The position numbers and the translations under genes were made by a program. From the NCBI GenBank assembly GCA_045601365.1, contig JAZRZN010000002.1:20376-84375 (forward strand): a stretch of 64,000 nucleotides of DNA. The letters are read 5' to 3'. How positions within the stretch are numbered: position 1 is the stretch's first letter; each line of letters begins with the position of its first letter. Positions 46,645 to 55,115 of this stretch are shown in pieces. Below the pieces are notes generated by a model. The model ran no database searches. It saw only the letters and a program-made list of their open reading frames with translations, and was not told the DNA's origin. The stretch comes from Clostridia bacterium. Its GTDB lineage: Bacteria > Bacillota > Clostridia > Christensenellales > QALW01.

Positions 46645-46941
46645 ATGCAAATTGAAGAATTGCTTGAAGCCGTAATGGTAGTTTGCTTCGGTCTTTCGTG
46701 GCCGATGTCGATAATCAAATCGTACAAGAGCCGCACCGCAAAGGGAAAGAGCCTGTTCTTTCTCATGATGATATGGGTCGGCTATGTCGCGGGCGTGGTG
46801 TGGAAGGTCATCGCGTGGAGCAAGACCGGCGTATTCACATATCCGTCGGTATTCTACATCATAAATCTCATTATGGTCAGCATTGATATCTATCTGTATT
46901 TTGTTAATCGCGCAAGAGACAGAAAGGAAAATAAATGGTAA
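46645..46941 (+). CDS. 3-TM small membrane protein, SemiSWEET/PQ-loop-like putative sugar transporter
   Basis: 98 aa with three TM helices. The motif after TM1, SWPMSIIKSYKSRTAKGKS, resembles the PQ-loop (PQxxKxxKxKSxxG). Has its own promoter TTTACT-17-TATAAT and SD AAGGGGGAG. Confidence 0.45.
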   Translation: MQIEELLEAVMVVCFGLSWPMSIIKSYKSRTAKGKSLFFLMMIWVGYVAGVVWKVIAWSKTGVFTYPSVFYIINLIMVSIDIYLYFVNRARDRKENKW

Positions 46942-47696
46942 AAAATATCGTATACGATAAGGCACACCCCGAATGTACAATTGATCTGTTTCTGCCCGAA
47001 AACACCGAAAATGTGCCTATGTACATTTATTTTCACGGCGGCGGACTTGTCGGCGGAAATTCATCCGAGGCAGCTTCCGCGGCGGAATTTTTAGTCAAAA
47101 AGGGAATAGCGGTCGCATCTGTCAACTACCGTCTTTATCCGAATGCGGCGTTTCCGGATTACCTTACCGATTGCGCTAATGCCGTAGCGTTTTTGATGAA
47201 CAGCACCGGGTACGGCAGCTTTTCGTCGTTCACCTTGGGCGGCTCGTCGGCGGGCGGATATATCACCATGATGCTGTATTTCAATAACGAATATTTTGCT
47301 TCTGCCGGCGTTGACAGAACGAAGATAAACGGTTATTTCTTCAATGCAGGTCAGCCGACATCGCATTTTACTTATCTTGCGCGTGACACTCACGAGGACA
47401 GCCGCCGCGTCATGATAGACAAAGCCGCACCGATATTCTACCTTGATAAGCAATATGAGCATCCCGAAAACGAACCGTATATACTTATCGTTTGCTCGGA
47501 TCACGATATGATGAACCGCTTGGAGCAAAATATGATGCTCAAAACGGCAATGCTCCAATTCGGATTCCCGGGCGAAAAGCTCACATTCAAAATATATCCG
47601 AACACGACTCATTGCAGTTATGTTTCTCCTGCGTCGGATTCGTATCTTGAAGATACGCTTGCGCTTATCACAAACTCAAACGGAGGCAAATTATGA
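46935..47696 (+). CDS. alpha/beta hydrolase fold-3 esterase (HSL-like; putative deacetylase)
   Basis: HGGG oxyanion motif (YFHGGGLVGG) and GxSxG (GGSSAGG). Confidence 0.75.
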   Translation: MVKNIVYDKAHPECTIDLFLPENTENVPMYIYFHGGGLVGGNSSEAASAAEFLVKKGIAVASVNYRLYPNAAFPDYLTDCANAVAFLMNSTGYGSFSSFTLGGSSAGGYITMMLYFNNEYFASAGVDRTKINGYFFNAGQPTSHFTYLARDTHEDSRRVMIDKAAPIFYLDKQYEHPENEPYILIVCSDHDMMNRLEQNMMLKTAMLQFGFPGEKLTFKIYPNTTHCSYVSPASDSYLEDTLALITNSNGGKL

Positions 47697-48409
47697 AGAT
47701 ACTTGCTATCGGCAACAGCTTTTCACAGGACGCGACGCGCTATCTTTACGCTATAGCAAAAGCGGACGGCTATCCGCTCACCGCCGTAAATCTCTGCATC
47801 GGCGGATGTCCGCTTTCAAAGCATTACTTCAACATGCTCGGCAACAAAAAAGACTATATGCTTGAATATAACGGCGAAACGACGATGTTCAAAATGTCGC
47901 TTGAGGAAGCTCTGCTTGCGTATGAATGGGATGTCGTCACGATACAGCAGGTAAGCCATCTTGCGCCGAATTACGCTACATATCAGCCGTATCTTAATGA
48001 GCTGAATGTTTTTTTGCGCAAATGTGCGCCGAAGGCAAGACTGCTTTTGCAGGAAACATGGGCTTATGAGCATGACAGCAACAGGCTTGTAAATGAGCTT
48101 AAATATGCGACGCCGGAAGAAATGTACGCAGATATTCATGCTTCTTACGCGCAGGCGGCAGAGGAGATAAATGCCGATATCATACCGTCGGGAACGCTTT
48201 TTATGCACCTGATAAAAAACGGTATTCCCACCGTTCACCGAGATACGTTCCATGCGTCGCTCGGGCTCGGCAGATACGCGCTCGGACTGCTGTGGTATAA
48301 AAAGCTGACGGGAAAAAGCATCGACGAAAACAGCTTCCGCGATTTCGATAAGCCCGTTACAGAGGAAGAAATAGCGATAATCAAAAAAAGCATAAACGAG
48401 ATACTGTGA
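47693..48409 (+). CDS. DUF4886-type SGNH-like hydrolase
   Basis: N-terminal KILAIGNSFSQDA (SGNH block I-like) and family-typical length. Confidence 0.65.
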   Translation: MKILAIGNSFSQDATRYLYAIAKADGYPLTAVNLCIGGCPLSKHYFNMLGNKKDYMLEYNGETTMFKMSLEEALLAYEWDVVTIQQVSHLAPNYATYQPYLNELNVFLRKCAPKARLLLQETWAYEHDSNRLVNELKYATPEEMYADIHASYAQAAEEINADIIPSGTLFMHLIKNGIPTVHRDTFHASLGLGRYALGLLWYKKLTGKSIDENSFRDFDKPVTEEEIAIIKKSINEIL

Positions 48410-48435
48410 TATGTAACGGATCCGCGATATGTAAT

Positions 48436-48477
48436 AAAGCAGAGTGCTGTAAAAACACTCTGCTTTATCTTTTTTTT
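48436..48477 (+). terminator. terminator between the DUF4886 gene and the convergent SASP gene
   Basis: AAAGCAGAGTG (48436-48446) pairs with CACTCTGCTTT (48456-48466), followed by a T-run at 48468-48477. Confidence 0.75.
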
Positions 48478-48483
48478 ATGAGC

Positions 48484-48660
48484 TTACTTGTTGTTCTGCT
48501 CGTACTGTTCAACCATTCTGCGAACCATTTCGCCGCCTACACGGCCGTTGTCCTTCGAAGAAAGATCGCCGTTGTAGCCCTTCTTCATGTTTACACCGAG
48601 GCTGTTCGCAACTTCGTATTTCATGTTCTCAAGAGCTGTCTTAGAATCTGACTTTGCCAT
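48484..48660 (-). CDS. alpha/beta-type small acid-soluble spore protein (58 aa; below the ORF-track cutoff)
   Basis: Hand translation: MAKSDSKTALENMKYEVANSLGVNMKKGYNGDLSSKDNGRVGGEMVRRMVEQYEQNNK. It matches the SASP core KxExAxxxGV...NGxVGGEM. SD GGGAGGTG upstream. Confidence 0.85.
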   Translation of the reverse strand: MAKSDSKTALENMKYEVANSLGVNMKKGYNGDLSSKDNGRVGGEMVRRMVEQYEQNNK

Positions 48661-48750
48661 ACGTTTTTCACCTCCCTCTTAAGAATCTGTTATTATTCTT
48701 GACGGGAAATAAAAAAATATGCAAAATTTATTTAAGGATATTTTTGGTAA

Positions 48751-50772
48751 TCAGTTGTACACTATGTCCGAAAGATCGCGGTCGAACTTTTCAAGCACCG
48801 ACGCGATGAGAGAAGAATAGCGTTCGGCATATGGAAGTATCTCATGCACTACGACGTTCTGCGTTTCCTTTAACAGGAGAGTGTTCGAAAGCGCATAGGA
48901 AAAACGCGCCTCGGCTATGCCGCTCTGACGCTTGCCCAAGTAATCGCCCGGACCGCGAAGCTCGTAATCGTACTGCGCTATATCGAAGCCGTTGCTTGTT
49001 TTCGTCATTATTTTCAACCGCTCAAGCGTTGTCGGCTCGACGCTTTGCGTGAGCATGAAGCAGTACGACTTGATACTGCCCCTGCCGACGCGCCCGCGAA
49101 GCTGATGGAGCTGTGCAAGCCCGAAGCGCTCCGCGCCGTAAATTACCATTATGCATGCGTTTTTGACGTTTACACCGACCTCGATGACGGTGGTGGAGAT
49201 GAGTGCTTTTATTTCGTTTTTTGAAAATGCGTCCATCACCGCGTTCTTTTCTTCCGCGCTCATGCGCCCGTGCAACAGAGCGATGGGAATATCTGCGAAT
49301 ATACCGTTGCTCAGCGTTTCAAACAGTCCCTCTGCGCTCAGCACATCGCTTTCGCCGTCATCTTCTATGACGGGGCAGACGAAATATGCCTGTCTGCCCG
49401 CGAGCATTTCTTTTCTTATATAATCAAGCATGTCGTTTTCGCGGTTTTTGGGAATGACCGATGTTGCGACCTTCTGCCGTCCTGCGGGAAGCTCGTCTAT
49501 TAGGGAGATATCAAGATCGCCGAACACTATCAGCGAAAGCGTGCGCGGTATCGGCGTTGCCGACATGACGAGCATGTGCGGAGAATCGCCCTTTGATGCA
49601 AGACGCGCCCGCTGTGCCACGCCGAAACGGTGCTGTTCGTCGGTGATGACGAGCGCGAGAGAGTGAAATTCGGTGGTCTTTTGCACAAGCGCGTTCGTGC
49701 CGACTATGTATTTTGCCTCACCGCTCTTTATGCGCTCAAGCTCGGTCGCACGCTCTTTTGGCGAAAGTGAGCCGGAGAGAAACGACACGTTTTCCTTGCC
49801 GAAGAACTCAACAAGCTGTAAATAGTGCTGACGCGCCAGAATGTCCGTGGGAGCCATAAGTGCCGCCTGACAGCCGTTCGAAACCGCTGTCAGCATGGCG
49901 ATGAACGCAACTACGGTCTTGCCGCAACCGACATCGCCCTGTACAAGACGGTTCATCGCCTTGCCGGATGACATATCACGCATTATTTCGTCTACGCACT
50001 TTTGCTGTGCTGCCGTAAGCGCATAGGGTAGTTTTTTTATAAAAGCTTCAACAGCATCGCGTTTGATGTCCAAAACCCGTCCCGCTTCGGTCTGATTTGA
50101 TTTCCGCCTGAGCTGTATATAAAGCTGTATGCCGACAAGCTCCTCAAAGCAGAGCCTGCGCCGCGCGGCAAGAAGCGCCTGCTCGCTTTCGGGAAAATGG
50201 ATATTTCTAAGTGCATACGAACGCTCGGCAAGCTTGTGCATGGCGCGAAACTCGGGAGAAAATATCTCCTTTTCCTTTTCGGCACAGTATTCGACCGCCT
50301 GATGCATCAGCACGCGCATCGCACGCTGATTTATGCCGACCGATGCAGGCAGACGGTAGACGGGGGCTATCGTAAGCTCGTCCTCATGTTCGATAGAGGG
50401 ATTCATTATTCTGCGCCGTCCCTGCTTGATTTCGACCGTGCCGTAGAGATACAGCACGGAATCCTCCTTTATATTCTGCGCCATGTACGGCTGATTGAAC
50501 CATATGACCTCTGCAAAGCCGGAAACATCCTCAACGGTGCAGGAAGTGATGCTCATTTTTTTGCGGGGGAAACGCACCGACGGCTTTGCGACACAGCGCA
50601 CCTTAAAAAGCGCCGGAGCATACGCACCGACGGCATTTATTTGTGAGATCACTGTAAGATCTCTGTATTTTTGCGGCAGATAGGCGACAAGGTCCTCAAC
50701 GGAATAAATGTCGAGCCTGTTCAGTGCTTCATCGCGCTTTGCGCCTACGCCCTTAAGTTCCGTAAGCTTCAT
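48751..50772 (-). CDS. recG: ATP-dependent DNA helicase RecG
   Basis: 673 aa. Wedge/OB N-terminus, Walker A GDVGCGKT, DEQHRFG, helicase C motifs. Confidence 0.95.
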   Translation of the reverse strand: MKLTELKGVGAKRDEALNRLDIYSVEDLVAYLPQKYRDLTVISQINAVGAYAPALFKVRCVAKPSVRFPRKKMSITSCTVEDVSGFAEVIWFNQPYMAQNIKEDSVLYLYGTVEIKQGRRRIMNPSIEHEDELTIAPVYRLPASVGINQRAMRVLMHQAVEYCAEKEKEIFSPEFRAMHKLAERSYALRNIHFPESEQALLAARRRLCFEELVGIQLYIQLRRKSNQTEAGRVLDIKRDAVEAFIKKLPYALTAAQQKCVDEIMRDMSSGKAMNRLVQGDVGCGKTVVAFIAMLTAVSNGCQAALMAPTDILARQHYLQLVEFFGKENVSFLSGSLSPKERATELERIKSGEAKYIVGTNALVQKTTEFHSLALVITDEQHRFGVAQRARLASKGDSPHMLVMSATPIPRTLSLIVFGDLDISLIDELPAGRQKVATSVIPKNRENDMLDYIRKEMLAGRQAYFVCPVIEDDGESDVLSAEGLFETLSNGIFADIPIALLHGRMSAEEKNAVMDAFSKNEIKALISTTVIEVGVNVKNACIMVIYGAERFGLAQLHQLRGRVGRGSIKSYCFMLTQSVEPTTLERLKIMTKTSNGFDIAQYDYELRGPGDYLGKRQSGIAEARFSYALSNTLLLKETQNVVVHEILPYAERYSSLIASVLEKFDRDLSDIVYN

Positions 50773-50774
50773 TT

Positions 50775-52025
50775 TTATAACCTTATGAATCTGTGATTGC
50801 CGAGACAGTCACAGAAATAAATTGCTTTGTTTTCTCCGTCGGGGACGGTGAATGTGTATTTAAGCGAAGGCTTCAACGCACTGCGCACTGAAAAATCCTC
50901 AGTGATAAAGGCAGAGCCCTCTATATTGCCGACGGAAAGATATGTCAGATATTGCAAGCCGTCACTGCATTTGGGGAGACACGAATCCACGTCGAGCGCG
51001 TGATAACCGTTGACGGTGACTGTCAACAAGCCGTTGCCGGAGCTTTTTATGATCGAAACTCCCGCCTTACCGTCTGCGGCTTCGGTGTGGAATATTTCAA
51101 CATCTGCGGTCGTTTTTTCGCAAATCCTGCGGCGGAAGGTAAGCAAGCTGAGTGCTGCCTTGTCTACGCCGATAAAACGTCTGCCGTTGTTGGCGGCACT
51201 CATCAGCGTCGTGCCGCTGCCGGAAAAAAGATCGCATACGGTATCGCCCTTTTCGGTGCAGGAAAGGATTATCCTGTCGAGCAGTGCAAGCGGCTTTTGC
51301 GTGCCGAAGCCGGTGCGCTCGGGATGCTTTTGCTGAAGATGGGGGATATCCCACACGTCATCGTCCGCGACGGTCTCATCCTCGTAATAGCGGTATTCCC
51401 TGCCTGCGCTTTTTATCGAAAAATATACTTTGCCGTTTTCATCAACATTACGCTTCATGTGGTTGGTGCGCTTATCTGTGCGCGGCTTGCCCGTGGCGAC
51501 GGGGTGAAGCTTTACATTCGGCTTTTTGCCGTAAATATATATGTTATCGTGCTTGGCGGCAAAAGAATTTTTACTGCTTCCGCCGGAATGATAGTGCCAG
51601 ATTATCTCGTTTATGAACGATCTTTCACCGAAAACGTCATCGAGCAGAAGCCGTATATGCGCAGAGGAATGGCGGTCAACGTGAACGCATATCACGCCGT
51701 CGTCGCACAGAAGCTCCTTTGCGCCGCAGACGACCTTGCGAAGAAAAGCAAGATACGCTTCACGGCTTTCCCATGTGTCGGAATATGAAGGTATTCTGAC
51801 AAAATGATCTTTCTCGCCCGAAAAGCCTTTTTCACCGACGGGGATCCGTGCATCAAATTCACGTCCCGTCATAAACGGCGGGTCAAAGTAGACGAGCTTT
51901 ACTTTGCCCGCGTATTTTTCGATAAGCGTGGGCATTATATCCAAAACGTCGGCAAGATAATATTCGCCTGCGGCGGCACTGTCAAGACCGTTTCCGAATA
52001 CGATTTTTTCTTTTTTAAGCAACAT
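50775..52025 (-). CDS. beta-class DNA methyltransferase (DPPF; probably N6-adenine), no cognate nuclease nearby
   Basis: Motif IV LVYFDPPF near the N-terminus and motif I CDLFSGSGTT near aa 280 (beta-class order). About 120-aa C-terminal extension. Stop lies 3 nt before the recG start. Confidence 0.8.
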   Translation of the reverse strand: MLLKKEKIVFGNGLDSAAAGEYYLADVLDIMPTLIEKYAGKVKLVYFDPPFMTGREFDARIPVGEKGFSGEKDHFVRIPSYSDTWESREAYLAFLRKVVCGAKELLCDDGVICVHVDRHSSAHIRLLLDDVFGERSFINEIIWHYHSGGSSKNSFAAKHDNIYIYGKKPNVKLHPVATGKPRTDKRTNHMKRNVDENGKVYFSIKSAGREYRYYEDETVADDDVWDIPHLQQKHPERTGFGTQKPLALLDRIILSCTEKGDTVCDLFSGSGTTLMSAANNGRRFIGVDKAALSLLTFRRRICEKTTADVEIFHTEAADGKAGVSIIKSSGNGLLTVTVNGYHALDVDSCLPKCSDGLQYLTYLSVGNIEGSAFITEDFSVRSALKPSLKYTFTVPDGENKAIYFCDCLGNHRFIRL

Positions 52026-52052
52026 TGAGCATCACCCAAAAAATTCTATACA

Positions 52053-52313
52053 TCAGTTTTCTTTTTTATTCGCACGCTTTTTGGCAAAATAAACGGCATT
52101 GCCGTATATCAGCCCCGCGGCACATCCGATGCACACCAATACGATGATAATGATGTACCAATTCTCCATAAGATAATCCGCGTCGATGCCGAGCTTTTCA
52201 AACAGAGAAGCTTTTTCGCCCTCAAGATGCGCTCCGGCGGCAGATATCCTTGCGGAAATCACTGTGATGAACGTTGTAATGAACATTATTATCGCACATA
52301 TTTTCTTTTTCAT
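52053..52313 (-). CDS. small secreted/membrane protein (signal peptide + C-terminal TM)
   Basis: Start moved to ATG 52313 (MKKKICAIIMFITTFITVISA), which follows GGGTGA. No family recognised. Confidence 0.45.
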   Translation of the reverse strand: MKKKICAIIMFITTFITVISARISAAGAHLEGEKASLFEKLGIDADYLMENWYIIIIVLVCIGCAAGLIYGNAVYFAKKRANKKEN

Positions 52314-52423
52314 TATTATCACCCGATAATATTGTAACATCATACGGAAATTTTTTCAAGAATTTATTTGCATATATCTTTTTTATTTGATATAATATAA
52401 AGGATTTATAAGGAGGAGTGTTT

Positions 52424-52990
52424 ATGGATATATTCGGTGTAGCCGTGCCGATCCCGGCAGTGATCATCGGGGCGGTAATAATTATCGGAATAATAGTTCT
52501 GATAATTCTGGCAATAATATCAGGCAAGAAAGAAAAAAAGGAGATACCCGATCCTGACACACGGGAAAGCTTTGGCGATTTCCACGGTCTGCTGACAAAG
52601 GAAGACTTTGAGGTGCGTGCCGACGACCATATGCTTGAGGTTTACCGCATGCAATGGATCCAGGCTGAACCCGGCGACAAAAAGGATAACTATCTGTTGC
52701 TTTATCTTGCGCTCAAGCAGCTCAACAAAGAGCAGGATGAATCTGAGGACGAGTGGACTCAGGAGCAATGTGAAGCGAGAATGGACGAGATAATCGCCGA
52801 ACTCAGCGAAAAAACAGGCATAAAGCCGATAGTGAACGAGCTTGACGAAAGCGAATTCGAGGCTTATTTTTCGTCGGATGAAGAAACGGACGGTGGCGAG
52901 GACGGTGCCGACGGAACCGATATCGCCTCAGATGCCGATGAAGCCGATGAAGCCGACAAAACCGATGAAGCCGACAACGCAAACGAATAA
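52424..52990 (+). CDS. membrane-anchored highly acidic protein with D-E-A-D/K repeat tail
   Basis: ATG 52424 follows AAGGAGGAG. One N-terminal TM. The C-terminus is DADEADEADKTDEADNANE, encoded by GATGAAGCC-type repeats. Confidence 0.5.
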   Translation: MDIFGVAVPIPAVIIGAVIIIGIIVLIILAIISGKKEKKEIPDPDTRESFGDFHGLLTKEDFEVRADDHMLEVYRMQWIQAEPGDKKDNYLLLYLALKQLNKEQDESEDEWTQEQCEARMDEIIAELSEKTGIKPIVNELDESEFEAYFSSDEETDGGEDGADGTDIASDADEADEADKTDEADNANE

Positions 52991-53013
52991 TGTCAATTTT
53001 CGGGGAATAGCAA

Positions 53014-53319
53014 ATGGATATAATAAATGTGACGGAACAGAGCTTTGACAGGGCTGTTTCGGCAGGAAAAGTGATAGCCGATTTTTTCGCGCCGTGGTGC
53101 GATCCGTGCAGAAGAATGGCGGAAGAGCTTGAACAGCTTGCAAAGGAAAGAGCTGATATAAGGATAATCAAGGTCAACGTGGACGATTGCCCGATGATCG
53201 CTTCAAGATACGAAATAATGAACATCCCGACAGTGCTGTTCTTTGAAAACGGCGAACTGAAAGCAAAAACGGTCGGATTTGAAAAAAGAAGCGAGCTTGT
53301 GCGCGATTTGGGCATATAG
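53014..53319 (+). CDS. trxA: thioredoxin with WCDPC active site
   Basis: 101 aa. FFAPWCDPCRRMAEEL and a thioredoxin-fold pattern (IPTVLFFENGE). Confidence 0.85.
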   Translation: MDIINVTEQSFDRAVSAGKVIADFFAPWCDPCRRMAEELEQLAKERADIRIIKVNVDDCPMIASRYEIMNIPTVLFFENGELKAKTVGFEKRSELVRDLGI

Positions 53320-53376
53320 ATCAGTTTTGACATGATATATATTTGTTTTGGTATGGTTTAAGTTTGCTTTTGCATA

Positions 53377-53405
53377 TTGACAAGCCTTGCCCAACGGAGT
53401 ATAAT
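53377..53405 (+). promoter_or_regulatory. consensus promoter of the WbsX-like/YgjV-like operon
   Basis: TTGACA (53377-53382), 17 nt, TATAAT (53400-53405). Confidence 0.55.
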
Positions 53406-53439
53406 GCTTTCGAAAAATACGAATCGAGGAGTAAAAAAC

Positions 53440-54525
53440 ATGAAGAAACCTGAGATTGCTTGCTATCATTGGTCAAATTGGCATCCCACGCCGGGCAACG
53501 ACGAGAAAAGGGGAAAAGGCTGGACGGAATGGGAGTACTTAAAACGTGCCATCCCGAGATTCCCGGGACATCAGCAGCCGAAAACACCGCTGTGGGGATA
53601 TTTGGACGATTCGAAGGTCGAAACGATCGAAAATCAGATAAATACCGCCGCCGATTACGGTCTGGACGCTTTTATATTCGATTGGAATTATCGTGGCAAT
53701 ACGACTGCGCTTGAAACATTTCTTACCGCGCCGAGCCGCAACAGGCTGAAATTCGGGCTTATGGAGTGCGGTGCAAGAGATGCTGACACTCAGCTTGAAG
53801 TGTACGATTATATAATAGATAACTATTTTTCTCAGCCGAACTATTGGCATGTTGACGGCGGATGCTATTTTTCCGTATATGAGATCGGCAAGCAGGTCAA
53901 CAAGATGGGCGGCATAGCCAACGCGAAAAAGGCCGTTGAAGAATTCCGCCGCCGTGCCGCGGCAAAGGGACACAAGGTACATTTTGTCGCAGTAGAGTGG
54001 GGCTTGCAGGAATTCTGCTGTCAGGGGCTTGACCCGCAGGAAATCGTGCGCGAGCTTGGCATCGACGCGATAACGAGCTATACATGGTATCATAATACCA
54101 CTCCCGAATGGCCGTGCGGCGATTACAACGAATGGGCTGAATCGGCTTACGATAAAATGCTTGAGCTTGAAAAAAAGTATCCGGTACCGTACTACACGCA
54201 TGTTTCGATGGGCTGGGATCCTACACCGAGATGCCCCGAAACCATGAAGTACGAGCTTGGCGGACCGCTCATGTACCATACGCTTTCGGGCGAATATGAA
54301 ATACAGCACAAGCCGTATTTTTCATCGGTCGTAAAGAACAATACTCCGTATGAATACCGCAGAGCATTGCTTTCGGCAAAGCGTCATCTTACAGATACGA
54401 ATCCCGAAAATCCGATAGTCACTCTCTATGCGTGGAACGAGTGGACCGAAGGCGGCTACCTTGAGCCGGACAACATAAACGGCTACGGCTACCTTGAGGC
54501 GATAAAGGAGATTTTCGGTAAATGA
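53440..54525 (+). CDS. WbsX-family / GH99-like domain protein
   Basis: Start ATG 53440 follows GAGGAG. IACYHWSNWHP...GKGWTEWEYLKRAIPRFPGHQQPKTPLWGYLDD matches the remembered WbsX N-terminal pattern (YLPQFHP..N..WWGxGFTEW...P.F.GH.QP). Confidence 0.55.
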   Translation: MKKPEIACYHWSNWHPTPGNDEKRGKGWTEWEYLKRAIPRFPGHQQPKTPLWGYLDDSKVETIENQINTAADYGLDAFIFDWNYRGNTTALETFLTAPSRNRLKFGLMECGARDADTQLEVYDYIIDNYFSQPNYWHVDGGCYFSVYEIGKQVNKMGGIANAKKAVEEFRRRAAAKGHKVHFVAVEWGLQEFCCQGLDPQEIVRELGIDAITSYTWYHNTTPEWPCGDYNEWAESAYDKMLELEKKYPVPYYTHVSMGWDPTPRCPETMKYELGGPLMYHTLSGEYEIQHKPYFSSVVKNNTPYEYRRALLSAKRHLTDTNPENPIVTLYAWNEWTEGGYLEPDNINGYGYLEAIKEIFGK

Positions 54526-55049
54526 CATGGAATGTCTGGGTCGGAAATGCAATAAGCATAGTCGGCATTATTCTTAATATGCTGATATATCAGCAAAAGG
54601 ACAGAGCCCATTTGTTAAGATGCAAGCTTCTTGCCGATTCCATGGCATTGCTCAGCTATCTTTTTCTTCTTGCATATACGGGAGCGGTCGTTGCCGCGCT
54701 GGGGATGATAAGAAGCATAGTATTCATCAACCGCACGCACCATAAGTGGGCATCAAATCCCGCATGGATGTACATATTCCTTGCACTTGTTATCGTATCG
54801 GGTATATTCACATGGAAGAGTATATTCAGTCTGCTTCCGATGGCGGCTTCGATCATTTCCGTTATCAGCTTCTGGATAGGAAAGCCGAGGATATCAAGAA
54901 TACTTTCGTTTCCGATATCCGGGCTGATGATGTCTTATGATTTTACCGTGCAGGCATACATATTTATCATCGGAGAGACCATGACGATAATTTCATCGGT
55001 TCTCGGAATAATCAGAAACGATATAAAAAAATCGACCGCTGATACCTGA
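54522..55049 (+). CDS. YgjV-family inner-membrane protein
   Basis: 175 aa, multi-TM. 4-nt overlap with the upstream gene. Family assigned from remembered sequence pattern. Confidence 0.5.
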   Translation: MTWNVWVGNAISIVGIILNMLIYQQKDRAHLLRCKLLADSMALLSYLFLLAYTGAVVAALGMIRSIVFINRTHHKWASNPAWMYIFLALVIVSGIFTWKSIFSLLPMAASIISVISFWIGKPRISRILSFPISGLMMSYDFTVQAYIFIIGETMTIISSVLGIIRNDIKKSTADT

Positions 55050-55055
55050 AATCAA

Positions 55056-55085
55056 AAGCAGGCTGACATGAGCCTGCTTGTTTTT
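55056..55085 (+). terminator. rho-independent terminator
   Basis: AAGCAGGCT (55056-55064) pairs with AGCCTGCTT (55071-55079), followed by GTTTTT. Confidence 0.8.
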
Positions 55086-55115
55086 ACGCCGGTACGGATC
55101 GCCGCTGTCCATGCA

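Noticed and set aside
48406-48651. 81-aa plus-strand ORF
   Set aside because: The opposite strand encodes a convincing SASP with a strong SD. The plus ORF also starts inside the terminator region of the upstream gene.
50775-52343. Restriction-modification system
   Set aside because: Only the methyltransferase is present. The flanking ORFs are recG and a 86-96-aa membrane protein, and no nuclease, specificity or helicase (Res) gene was found.
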